A model generated the notes under the pieces. The model had not been told where the DNA came from, made no database searches, and was given only the letters and a program-made list of their open reading frames with translations. 64,000 bases of DNA from contig OZ316899.1 of NCBI GenBank assembly GCA_973895155.1, positions 5,955,241-6,019,240 on the forward strand, in the 5' to 3' direction. The position numbers were made by a program, and so were the translations under genes. The stretch is from Marsupella aquatica. Taxonomy: Eukaryota > Plantae > Marchantiophyta. How positions within the stretch are numbered: position 1 is the stretch's first letter; each line of letters starts with the position of its first letter. Below, piece after piece: positions 36,620 to 48,945 of this stretch.

Positions 36620-37702
36620 CTTACGTGGTTCCTCCACGGTTTGCCCACAAATAAGCAATTTTGGGTGCGCCAGAATAACCCAATTTCAATGCAAGCGGCC
36701 ATAGCGTGCGCCAAAACTTACAAGGAGTCCACTTATTACTCCCAGCAAAGCCAATGGGCACGCCGTAAGAAGGGCAAGTACGAGACCTTCAATGACAATG
36801 ACTCCAAATCTGACAATGAGAAGAAGAAGAAACGCAAGAAGAAGAAGAAACATCGTTCGACCTCATCCAGTTTGGAGAAAGAATCTAGTTTGGATTTGAC
36901 TTTGACCAGCGGATCCTCCACCTCCAGCTCATTGGGAAGTAATTTGGAGAGCAAGAGCCGGAGCAAGAAGAAGAAGCGGTGTGTTAAGAAGGATGGGAAA
37001 ATCAAACCCAGTGTTCGAAGAACGATACCTGATCCAAAGATGGCGGAAACAGACAAGCTCAACGAAATCACGGATCGTCTCAAAGCGCTGTCAGTACATC
37101 TCGCGGAAAAACTTGTGGAGAAGAAGAAGCCATCAGAGACCCGAGCACATGCGTGGTGTTCCAAGTGCTTCCAATCCGAGCATGTAGTGCAGGAATGCCC
37201 AAGATGGAAGAATCGAGTTCACCAAGTAGAATTAGATGATGTCGACAGCCCGGGACCTGAACCGGAGTCCACGGAGTATTTCTTTGAAGACCCTCCTGAT
37301 TCTGTGTATCAGATTTCAACGGTGGGTCTACGTAATTTAGCGGGTAGAACTGCATACCCCTACCCAAACAATGGCAGGAGTTTCCAGGTTATCAGTAACC
37401 CAAGCATTCCTCCTAAGCCAGGGATTTGGCGATCCCCGGTTTGTTACAACTGTGAGAAGCCAGGCCACTTTGCAAGGGAATGCACCAAACCAAGACGGCA
37501 GGGGGATGGCCGCGGCATGCCACTATGTCAAGTCTGCAAAACAAAAGCTCATTCCACGACCAACTGTCCATTGGTAATAGCCGCTCAAACAAACGCAGCT
37601 AGACCGGCCCCGGGTGGACCAGCCACGAGCAATGCAGTCGTCCAAATGATTGTTGTGGAATGTCAAGATGACAACATCGAGTGGGTAGATCCGGTGGATG
37701 TG
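36620..37702 (+). pseudogene. gag: G3 gag, C-terminal half with three zinc knuckles
   Basis: WFLHGLP, K/S-rich tract, CSKCFQSEHVVQEC, CYNCEKPGHFAREC, CQVCKTKAHSTTNC. Same layout as G2 gag. Confidence 0.9.
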
Positions 37703-38729
37703 CACTAGAAGAAAACTTGTGTTTTACTACTATAGGCCTTGCAACTACTTTGCCTAAACAACCCATATATGGTGTCAACCACTATTTCCTTACTGGGTTG
37801 TAATAATCTGCATTTTATGACTATACTTAGAACTTTGTTACCTTAATCATTGATTACAACTCTTCTTTTTGCCACTAAAACTTAGATCACTTGAATTAGA
37901 GTTGTATATTACACAAATTTACAAATCACTACAATCCACCATCCATTACACCATCGATGTTTACAACTCTATTTTCAACTAAGATTTTACCACTGGCCAA
38001 AACCACTACAAATACAAGTACCACCAATATTTGAATGGTAAAGGTGTTTTTTCAATCAACTCCCAATCAAGTCAATCATTTCCAAGTGACCTTAATTACT
38101 TGAAATAATGTCATTTGTGAACACACCTTTTGTTACTATAAATATCACCAATAGTGGAGTCACAAATGAATTTTGGCAAAATCACTTAAAATATTTGAGT
38201 GACAAGGACATTTTTACAAACAACTTAAGATTGAGTGGATTAGTTGTCACTGTCCAAAATCTCTTTAAATAAAGTCATTATTATCACAAATTGTACAACT
38301 ACAAATGCCACTAATATTAGAGTCCAGTAAATATTATTTGATGTAACTTCAGACCAAGTGCACATCCTCCATAGTCCAAAATCACTCTAAAGAATGTCAT
38401 TCTTTTCATACATTTTAGCGACTCCAAATGCCACTAAGAGTAGAGTGCCAGTGCGGGGCCTTGCAAATGACTTGAAATGAAGTGGATCATTTTCCATTCT
38501 CAAAAATCACTATGAATAATGTCATCATTTAAATACATTTTGCAACTACAAATGCCACCAACATTAGAGTGTCAAAACAGTTTTGACAAATGACTGAAAA
38601 TTCAACGGATTATTTTGTCATGTCCAAAACCTCTCCCAATGAAGTCATTATCAAAAAACATTTTCAGTCAAGATATGAATGTCACCATAATATAGTTGCA
38701 AATAAATTTTATTTTACAACTTGTACCCA

Positions 38730-41700
38730 AACCACTACAGAACAAGTGGTTTGAGGGTTTGGGGCACCTGTCACTTGAAATACCACCGTGTTTTGAGTTG
38801 GGAAAATTATGTGTTTAAACTTGCAATCAAGTGCATTTGTAACTACCAGCCCAAACCACTTAACATAAGGTCCTTTCGGGCCCTCATCTTCTTGTGACTA
38901 CAAACTGTGCACCCATATTTGAGTCATGCAACACACATTGGTGCGACCACTTTCCATGAACTAGTGCTAAAAGGAGTGACTTGTGTGGACGCATCACATA
39001 AGCTCCATATTTGTAATTTCGTAGAGTCTTGGAGTGATTTGTGCGGAGTTCATGATGTTCCATCACTTGTGTGCCTCAAATCTCTTCACCTTGGCATTTT
39101 ATGTGTCACACCCTCATTGTCTTTGCTATAACTAGTTGGCGCATGTGATGGGGGTGTTCCATGGCTTCACCATGGGGGGGATAACATGGAGGAATTGTTA
39201 TGGCGGTGGGCCCAACCCTCCTCCTTTAGTCGTGGCCCTCCATGAATTGCCGCAAGGTGGATCCACTTCTCATTATCCATTGTAAGTTTGTCACTCCCAA
39301 AATCACTAAAAACTATGTTCTTTAAAGCCTTCATTTCTAGCGACTACCACTATCACTCAAGCTAGGGTGGTACATCACACATCCCTCTAAAAAACTTCTC
39401 ATGAAGTGGTAGTCTGAGGGTGATTGTTGTTCCCAGACCACTACAAATGAGGTGGTTTTAGAGTTTAGGGCAAAAACAACTTAAGATACCACCGTTATTT
39501 GAGTTGAGAAGTAAATTGGGTGTGAACACTTGCAATGAAGTGATTTATTTTATATGTACCAACCCAAATCACTTGACATAAGGTCATTTCGGGCCCTCGC
39601 CTTTTGGTGACTACAAATTGCACCCATATTTGAGTCATGCAACACACTCTGGTGCGACCACTTGCTCTGAACTAGTGCTAAAAGGAGTGAATTATGTGGG
39701 CGCATCACATAGGCTCCATATTTGTAATTCCATAGAGTCTTGGAGTGATTTGTGTGGAGTTCATGATGTTCTATCACTTGTGTGCCTTAAATCTCTTCAC
39801 CTTGGCATTTTATGCGGCACAACCTCATTGTCGTTGCTATAACGAGTTGGCCCACGTAATGGGGGTGTTCCACGGCTTCACCATGGGGGGCTAACACGGA
39901 GGAATTGTTATTGTGGTGGGCGCAACCCTCCTTCTTTAGTCATGGCCCTCCGTGAATTGCCGCAAGGTGGATCCACTTCTCATTATCCATTGTAAGTTTG
40001 TCACTCCCAAAACTCACTAAAAACTATGTTCTTCAAAGCCCTCATATATTTCTAGCGACTAACACTATCACTCAAGCTGGGGTGGTACATCACGCATGGA
40101 CCCTCTAAACAACTTCTCATGAAGTGGTAGTCCTAGGGTGATTGTTGTTCCCAAACCACTACAAATGAGGTGGTTTTAGAGTTTAGGGCAAATGCAACTT
40201 AAGATACCACTGTTATTTGAGTTGAGAAGTAAATTGGGTGTGAACACTTGCAATGAACTGTATTTATATATACCAACCCAAACCACTTGACATAAGGTCC
40301 TTTCTGGCCCTTGCCTTTTGGCGACTACAAATTGCACCCATATTTGAGTCATGCAACACACTTTGGTGCGACCACTTGCCCTGAACTAGTGCTAAAAGGA
40401 GTGAATTGTGTGGACACATCACACAAGCTCCATATTTGTAATTCTGTAGAGTCTTGGAGTGATTTGTGTGGAGTTCATGATGTTCTATCACTTGTTTGCC
40501 TCAAATCTCTTCACCTTGGCATTTTTGGCGTCACAACCTCATTGTCATTGCTAGAACTAGTTAGCACACGTGATGGGGGTGTCCCACGGCTTCACCATGG
40601 GGGGGCTAACATGGAGAAATTGTGATGGTGGCGGGCCCAACCCTCCTCCTTTAATCGTGGCCCTCCGTGAATTGCTGCAAGGTGGATCCACTTCTCATTA
40701 TCCATTGTAAGTTTGTCACTCCCAAAAATCACTAGAAACTATGTTCTTCAAAGCCCTCATTTCTAGCGACTAACACTATCACTCAAGCTAGGGTGGTACA
40801 TCACGCATCCCTCTAAACAACTTCTCATGAAGTGGTAGTCTGAGGGTGATTGTTGTTCCCAGACCACTACAAATGAGGTGGTTTTAGGGTTTAGGGCAAA
40901 TGCAACTTAAGATACCACCGTTATTTGAGTTGAGAAGTAAATTGAACACTTGAATGCAATGAAGTGCATTTATATGTACCGGCCCAATTGACTCAGGGAA
41001 TGAAACTCCCTTCAAGCCCTCACCTTTTGGTGACTACAAACTGCACTCGTATTTGAGTGATCAAATGCAAGATACATTGGTGCGACCACTTACCATAAGT
41101 GCTAAAAGGAGTGAATTGTGTGGACGCATCACACAAGCTCCATTTTGTAATTCCGTAGAGTCTTGGAGTGATTTGTGTGGAGTTCATGATGTTCCATCAC
41201 TTGTGTGCCTCAAATCTCTTCACCTTGGCATTTTATGCGTCACAAACTCATTATCGTTGCTATAACTAGTTAGCACACATGATGGGGGTGTCCTATGGCT
41301 TCACCATGGGGGGCTAACATGGAGAAATTGTGATGGCAGCGGGCCCAGCCCTCCTCCTTTAATCATGGCCCTCTGAGACTCTCTGCAAGGTGGATCCACT
41401 TCCATTAGCCATTGTAAGTTTATCACTGCCCAAAAATCACTAGAAACTATGTTCTTCAAAGCCCTCATTTCTAGCAACTAACACTATCACTCAAGCTAGG
41501 GTGGTACATCATGCATCGCTCTAAACAACTTCTCATGAAGTGGTAGTCCTAGGGTGATTGTTGTTCCCAAACCACTGCAAATGAGGTGGTTTTAGGGTTT
41601 AGGGCAAATGCAACTTAAGATACCACCGTTATTTGAGTTGAGAAGTAAATTGGGTGTGAACACTTGAATGCAATGAAGTGCATTTATATGTATCGGCCCA

Positions 41701-42450
41701 ATTGACTGGAATGAAACTCCCTTCAAGCCCTCACCTTTTGGTGACTACAAACTGCACTCATGTTTGAGTGATGCAAGATACATTGGTGCGACCACTTGCC
41801 ATAAACTAGTGCTAAAAGGAGTGAATTGTGTGGACGCATCACATAAGCCTCATCTTTGTAATTCCATATATTCTTGGAGTGATTTGTGTGAAGTTCATGA
41901 TGTTCTATCACTTGGGTGCCCCAAAGCTCTCCACCTTTGCATTTTATGTGTCACAAATCCATTGTTGTTGCATGAATGGTTGGCACAATAGATGGGGGTC
42001 TCCCATGACTTCACGATGGAGGGGCTAACACGGAGGAGTTATTATGGCCACTGGCCCAACACTCTACCTTTTGTTGTGGCCCTCTGAGAATGTCGCAACA
42101 AACATCTACTTCTCATTGTACATTATAACTTTGTGACTCCCAAACAGCCACTCTAAACAATGTCCTTTAAACTCTTATTATGAGTGACTAAAACTACCAC
42201 TTAACCTTGGGTGCTACATCAGAGAATCTTGTAAACAACTTCCAATGAAGTTGTGGTTCTTAGCTAACAATTGTGCCAAAACCACTTGGAATGAGGTGAT
42301 TTTAAACCCCCACCCCAACCCTGCCCCCACCCACATGCAACTTGAAATACCACTATCTTTTGGGTTGGGAAGTAAGCTGTGTACGTGTACCACTTACAAT
42401 AAAGTGCATTTTTATGCAGCGGCCCAAACGACTAAAAATGAGGTCCTTCC
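38730..42450. repeat. Tandem satellite, ~710-bp unit, five full copies plus a partial copy
   Basis: The ACCACTAC...GTGG anchor recurs at about 38731, 39437, 40156, 40863, 41571 and 42281; near-identical short ORFs repeat with it. Confidence 0.95.
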
Positions 42451-43569
42451 AAACCCTCATTTTTGTACAACTGATATATGTGATATATGCAAATGATTCT
42501 CAGACAAGTCATTTAATTGTCAATGTCCTTGTTAGTTAAGCAGAGCACAATATGACTAAATAGGGCCTATATTTCTGGTCATATCCACCAAATAAAGTAC
42601 CGGTCATTAATTAAAGATGTCATGGGAGTAGTCATTGCGGTTGGGATTGCGGTCTCATTGGAGATGGTGTTATCTACCCCCTAGCTAGAGTCTTTTACCA
42701 ACTAAATATTAAAATGTGAATTCCTTAATTTAAATGCACACATAAAAGGGAGAAGAGAGGGCATAAAATTTTCTGTCTTTTTCTCCAAACATTAAAAGAA
42801 AAATACATGATAGTTTGATTTTTTGCATATTTGACTTAGTTAATGGAAAACTCATTGAACTGTCAAAACTAAGGGTTTTAACTTGAAGTAGTCAGGGTTG
42901 ATTAAAATGTGGGAAAGGAGTTTAGAGTGTGACTTGGGGGGAATGACATCGCAATATTGCACTCTTGAGGGGTCCTCATGCTCTGGTGGCACAATGTTTT
43001 AACAAGTACCCCAAATCCAAAAATACTCTAATTTGCCCTAAATCCCGGCCCCCTCCCCCCTCTTCCAAACGTTTGGCAAGGAATTGGCCATAATTCACAT
43101 ATCTAGTTCAAAAATTTCACCTTCAACTAGCTAATCCACCTCACGGTACAAAATTATTACTCGCTTAGGACATTTTAGGGTTTAGTGTCACAAAGCTGCC
43201 AGTGCATTAACAGGTCATTTACATGCCACTTACATCTTTTTACACCTCTTTACAGGGTCCGAAGTTAAACTTACACCCTGTCAAATTTCCTCACCTATTG
43301 TCTTTTCTAACTCAGCTTGAGTACCCAACCCTGGTCATCCAAGTTTGACTTGGGTGTCGACAACAGGGTTCTAAAACGCGGCTTTACAAGCTATATTACA
43401 CTCTAGTTGTTTCTTACAAGTCTGTAAACCCTACTCACTTCCCTCCTTCCTAATTCAAACTCTAGCTCTCTCCACGTAGAAACGTTGCACGCGCCCACAC
43501 CACCGCCTTTTTTTTCCTAAACTTTCTAGCCATGTGTTTGTTTCAACTCTATCCCGAACACTCTCCACA

Positions 43570-46500
43570 AATGTCGTGCTCATGCATCGCCTTGTGTTCT
43601 AAGCTTTCTAGCTATGGCTTCCAGCCCTTCAAAACTTATAGAGCTCTTCTCTCGACTCAAGTACTCCAGATCAAATGTAATTAAGCTCTCTTTGGAATGT
43701 TTCCTGGATCTATTTGTTTCGTCAGTTGTTTCCTTGAACAGTGTGTTGCCTTTCTGATTTCTTGAATTTGAATGGCAGATTTTGGAGGAGCCAACTCACA
43801 TGGTTTTGATTCTTTTATTAATCGGCTGCTCTTTCCCTCTTTAATTGAATCTTCAAAGAGAACCGAGCGTGCTGCTATCTATGCTCACCTTATTAAATAT
43901 TTTTTTCAGTTTTGACTTCTACATTGATACTGCCAAACGTTCGCTCGATCTTCTTCGAATGATTTTCCTCCCCCGTGACCACTTCGCCTCAGTCTTGCTT
44001 GCTGTGCTCTGCGCCCAAGCTCCGTTGATGTCATAATGAGCCAGTGAGTATCAATTTCTTTAATCCACATCTCTCTTGCTTAGTTTTTGCCTCCACGTAC
44101 CCCGGCTCTTCTGCCCATTTTTCTGCTTCAATTCATTTCCCAAAAATTCCGCTTTGCCCTTGATTTCTCAAATGCTACTTGAATGGATTGACTGATTCCA
44201 ATTAACCCCGTTGTTCCTTGCACTCCAGCTAAGTCTTGCTTTGTGAGTTCAATTTCCAAGATCCGTTGTTGTCTTCTTCTGGATTTTGCACTCCACTGGC
44301 CTACCTCTTGAAATGTATATGTGAATTTATTTCTACCATCATGAACTGCCCCAATGGACCTTGATTGCATTTTTCACTTTCTTGTCTATTGCGCTGATGC
44401 TGCCGTCTACTTCTGTGCCTACCAAAAACTCACATCCCCTGGATCAAAGTTCATATTGGGCTGACGCGCGGTGCATGACTTGTTCTCATCGGAGCCAATT
44501 GCAGTAGTGATTATTGTATTCCTTTTGTTTGGATTCAAACCGTCAAGAGGTCTGTATAGGTCAAAACATGGAGACGTAGATTTTACAACACGCACCTTTT
44601 GCCATTTATTGCTTGCCTTTTACAATTTGCATGTTGTTACATGATCGTGCTTTTTGTACACATACAGAACACTAATTCTACTTGACACAAGGATTTACGT
44701 TTTTCTTTTTAGGTGCAATCATTGGCGAATCGAGTCATCTGGAAGATCAAATTCATTATTCCTCAAAGTACTTTATGGAGCTACTTCATACCAATTGGTG
44801 ATCTCGTTAGCAGGTCCAGGTGGGAGTGGCAATGAGGAACTTGCAAAAGAATTATTAAGTAGTTCAGTATGCATATGACTTGCAAATCTAGGTAGGCACC
44901 TAAAGTTTTGATTCCTTTCATTGAACTTTTGATGATTATTCTATGCATTCTGCCGGCAGCCAATAGAAAAGGAGAATATATGCAGACATTGCTAGCTACA
45001 AACAAAAGCCTTTACAAACAAAAGCCTTTTGACCTGTTACGTAGACTGAAGCATTTTCTCTGTCCTTCTGTGGCTTTTCTATTCAGGTGAAATCAAATTA
45101 TATCTATGTCCTTGTCTTTTGTCTCAAGAGAGAAGCAAGTGGCCGGTACTAGACCTTAAAGCCAGCTTAGACAAACTAAGGGATGCCTACGTACGCCACT
45201 TCAGGTAATGCTTTCTGCTAGGTTTACCTCAATTTCCTTTCTTGCGTATGTTGTTCTGTGTAGATGTGCCATTGCTGGTCACTTAATCAGTTACATGGGA
45301 ACTTTCTTGAATTATAATATCTGACCCTATTGATGGTGTAAACCTATTGTGTAACCAGTCTAATGCTTGTTGTCTCCACCTGGTTACTATCTCCCTCTCT
45401 CCTAAAGTGGACTAAAAAATGTTGCTTTCAAATCTACCGTGTTGTATTTAATTACTAAGACATACATCGTGCAATTATTTATGTGTGGAATTCATTTCCT
45501 GTAGTATTGGATGAGAGCTCAAATGTTTCTCTGTCCAATTCATTTCCCGTAGTATCAAATAAGGGCTCAATTGTTTCTCTGTGCAATTCATTTCCGGTAG
45601 TATCAAATAAGAGCTCAATTGTTTCTCTGTGCAATTCCCTTTCTGTAGTATTTAATTAATAAGAGGTAATGTGTGTTTCAATTATAAGAAAACCTTCATT
45701 GAAGATTCAAAGTGTCTTGCACTCATGAAATGTCAGTCATTGTGCTTTATTGATATAAATCACAAATGAAACGCACCTGAAAACACTAGAGCTACTTTCT
45801 TGGAGATTAGCCACGTTTATCTTCCTAATCCAATCAAGCTTGATTGTCCTTCATGGTATAAACATGTAGAGAAGTATGGTCGGTGGATGGCCCACATATG
45901 GTATGAAAATGTCATTCAGTTACAAGTATTCTTGTATTTGAAGCTGAGCTTAGCGCTGTTGACATAGATTCTCTGGGTTTTGAATTTTATCAATGGTCGA
46001 TGCATCATAAGCAAGGGCTCTTGACTGACTATGACATCGATGAGCACTTTTTAGATTTTTGGGGTGTGGTAGGGTCTAAGTGAATGTCCTCCCTACATGG
46101 AATTTGAAATTTGCATATGATTGAAATGTGTATTGCATATCATATTGTTCTGCTCATTTGAAATTCTTACAAAAGAATGACATGGCCTCTGCAGACAAAG
46201 ACAAAGAAAGACATAGAGAACAGCTGGGATCCCAACAGGCAACTTACTTACCCAAAGGGATATTGTCTGTTCACGATACCTTGTCTTACTGTACAGCTTG
46301 AGCAATAACATAATACTTTTTGTTGGCGTATTTTTATAGTTGAATTCAACAATGGCACAAAGATCAACTACAACGGGTTCTTCAAGAGCACATTTGGGGA
46401 TTTCATGGATTTAATGGCTTGTATTCACTTCAATACTGAGGTATACTAATAATTATAATAAATCTTGCAACCAAAAGACTTCAGCAAGTGTTTGCATGTG

Positions 46501-47780
46501 CACGGACTGCAATGATTTCTATTCTGACAGATTTTGATTCTTATGGTGACTCATCTTTCCAGCTTTTAGTTCACATGCCCCTGAAACCTGTTGTATTTTT
46601 GGGTTTTTTTTTTCAGGGGGAGATTGATTTCAAAAGTCAGATTCTTTATATTCTAGGGATGGCTCCTTTCAATGTACCAATGATATTTTGAGTCAAAAGT
46701 TAAAAAACTTTACATCAAGAGTCTTCATCTCTGACAAGTGTGATGATTGGGGAACTGGTAAAGACAACTGCCCCTTACTTTATATTTTTCTTTCAGAGTT
46801 TCTGTCCTATGTCGCCTAGCTATGTTTTTTGGTTGTACTCAGCATCTTTACAGGCAAAACTTCTATGGAAGACCTATATCCTGTGGGCAGAGATACCATG
46901 AGGACATGTTCATATTACAGATCTATAACTCAGCCAATGACTGCCTTGCATGCAAGCTGCATTTTCTCATACTAGACATTTGTACCGGTGATACTAGAAA
47001 TTAATCAGCTTTGCCTACCTGGAACTAATTACTGAATTGTGCGTCCATGCAGTTCCCTGGATTTGTAAGGTTTTTGAAAGGAGTGGTTGATTCAAATCAT
47101 CTTCCATTGAATGTCTCCAGGTAGTCACAATGTATTCAAATCGTCTCTTTCTGCCAATTTAGGGTTTGGGCCTCCAAAGTTGTTTTTGAATGTACATGCT
47201 TCTTGACTTTTCACATCATTCTAGCTTCTAAAGTGATAACTGGTTTTCCACTCTTTCTTTCTATACTTGATAGAGATACCATTCTTGAGTCAGGATGTGG
47301 TTTGAATCTGGATAGGTACAATGATCTTCTTAAAGAACTTTCTGGTCATCCAAACATGCTCGATCCAGGATACATGTCTCCAGGTAGTCACAGTGTATTC
47401 CACATGGGGTGCACTAGATGCGGCTATTTACCCTGCCTACTTTGTTTCATATGCTTAAATAATATATCATCTTTCCTGGGTCTGCTGGCATTAACTTACA
47501 ATTCCCTGGCCCTTGGTAAAATTTACTTGCAGGAGGCATGACACAGAGTTTATTTCAAATGTATAGTTCTAACAGAAAGTGGAATATAGAACATCTACCT
47601 ACCATTGAAGAGCTGGTTGAACAATGAGATGAGAAGCCAACTATCTCATGGTTTAGCTCTACATGCAAACTAAACCATCAGTTATATATAGCATTGAGAT
47701 TAGACGAAAAGGCATGGATGTGCCCAAATCTAGACTACACTTACTTATCATGTCCCCAAGCTGTCCAGGATCTGTAATAT
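43570..47780 (+). pseudogene. Exon/intron-structured cargo of unknown identity inside C3
   Basis: AG/GT-bounded open segments at about 44713-44870, 45088-45204, 46340-46440 and 47533-47777, separated by T-rich intron-like DNA. Confidence 0.35.
45489..45655. repeat. 48-bp minisatellite, about 3.5 copies
   Basis: Unit AATTCATTTCCnGTAGTATCAAATAAGAGCTCAATTGTTTCTCTGTGC. Confidence 0.85.
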
Positions 47781-48197
47781 GAGCCATCTGATCCATGGTG
47801 ACATTTAACTTGTGGTTTTTTTAGTGTCTTTGTGTTTTAGGCACACATTCTTGAAGGAGAGTTCATAGTGATGATTTTCAATGCTTATGGTGAACAAATG
47901 TTCTAATTGCCATAGTATGACACAGAGTTAGTGTCTGGATGTACAACATGTGAGTTAATAAATTGTTTGCATTATTCCATGTGATATGATTGTATGTGTT
48001 GGCATTTCCTGTGGATCATTGTTCAGCATAATATTATACTCTTTGAATTCTTGTTCTCTTTGCTTCATGAATGATATGATTGGTTGTACGTGACATGACT
48101 CATGTAGCACTGCCAGCAAAGGTTATAAAGTTATAACTTCAATTCCAGTCATATAACATCTACCAAATATGCAAAGGATGTATTGTTATTACTTCAA

Positions 48198-48345
48198 ATC
48201 TAGTTGTGTCACCAGTTGTAAAGGTTGTCTGGATACAACTGGGGTTTCTAGTTGTGTAACCAGTTGTAAAGGTTGTCTGGTTACAATCGGGTTTCTAGTT
48301 GTGTAACCAGTTGTAAAAGTTATCTGGTTATGACCAGGGTTACAA
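48198..48345. repeat. ~47-bp subterminal tandem repeat of C3, three copies
   Basis: Unit TCTAGTTGTGTAACCAGTTGTAAAGGTTGTCTGGTTACAA... Confidence 0.85.
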
Positions 48346-48945
48346 CTTCAATTTTAGTTATATAACAAGTATTGAAAGTGTATAACAATGCATCTTTATG
48401 ACCCCAAATCTAGTCATATAACAAGTAATAAAGATTTGTCTACTTACTACTTTAACTTTAGTCATAAAAAAAGTTCTAAAGGTGTCAAAAGATATATGGT
48501 TGTCACTTCAATTCTAGTTGTTTTAAGGCATCATGTCACCCTCCAACTTTAAAGAAACGTACAATGCCCATATCACATTCCAATGTTTCTGGAGAAGGGA
48601 CATTGACCAGGTGTGACATTTGACACATGTCACCCTCCAATGTTTTTGGAGACTGCCACATGTCTAGTTATCATTTGTCAATAAAAGTCATGATAGTAGT
48701 TGTTTTGGATGAAACCTAAAGAACTGTTTTTTTCTAGTTGTTTAAGACCGTCGGGTTTGAAAACAACGGTGACATAAACAACTCAATATTTTTTAGTACT
48801 TGTTGTAAATAACTCTATGCTCAATATCACTGGTTGTCTAAAGCGACTGACATTAGTGCACTCAAACCGTTGAGTTGTAAATTGTCCGTTAGTACTCTAA
48901 AACAAGTTAATGAGGTAGTGATAAAACACCGATTTCCTTCTAGTG

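Larger units (their letters stand above)
37703..48945. mobile_element. Non-autonomous CACTA element C3 (11,243 bp)
   Basis: TIRs CACTAGAAGAAAA / TTTCCTTCTAGTG; 3-bp TSD GTG (37700-37702 and 48946-48948). Removing it restores the gag frame. No transposase inside. Confidence 0.95.

Noticed and set aside
38730-42450. CRISPR array or repeated small genes
   Set aside because: Whole units repeat with no unique spacers; the ORFs vary in start and stop between units; eukaryotic context.
44721-44728. ATTGGCGA as the partner TSD of the MULE-2 end (61950-61957)
   Set aside because: It lies inside C3 with no MULE terminus beside it; chance match.
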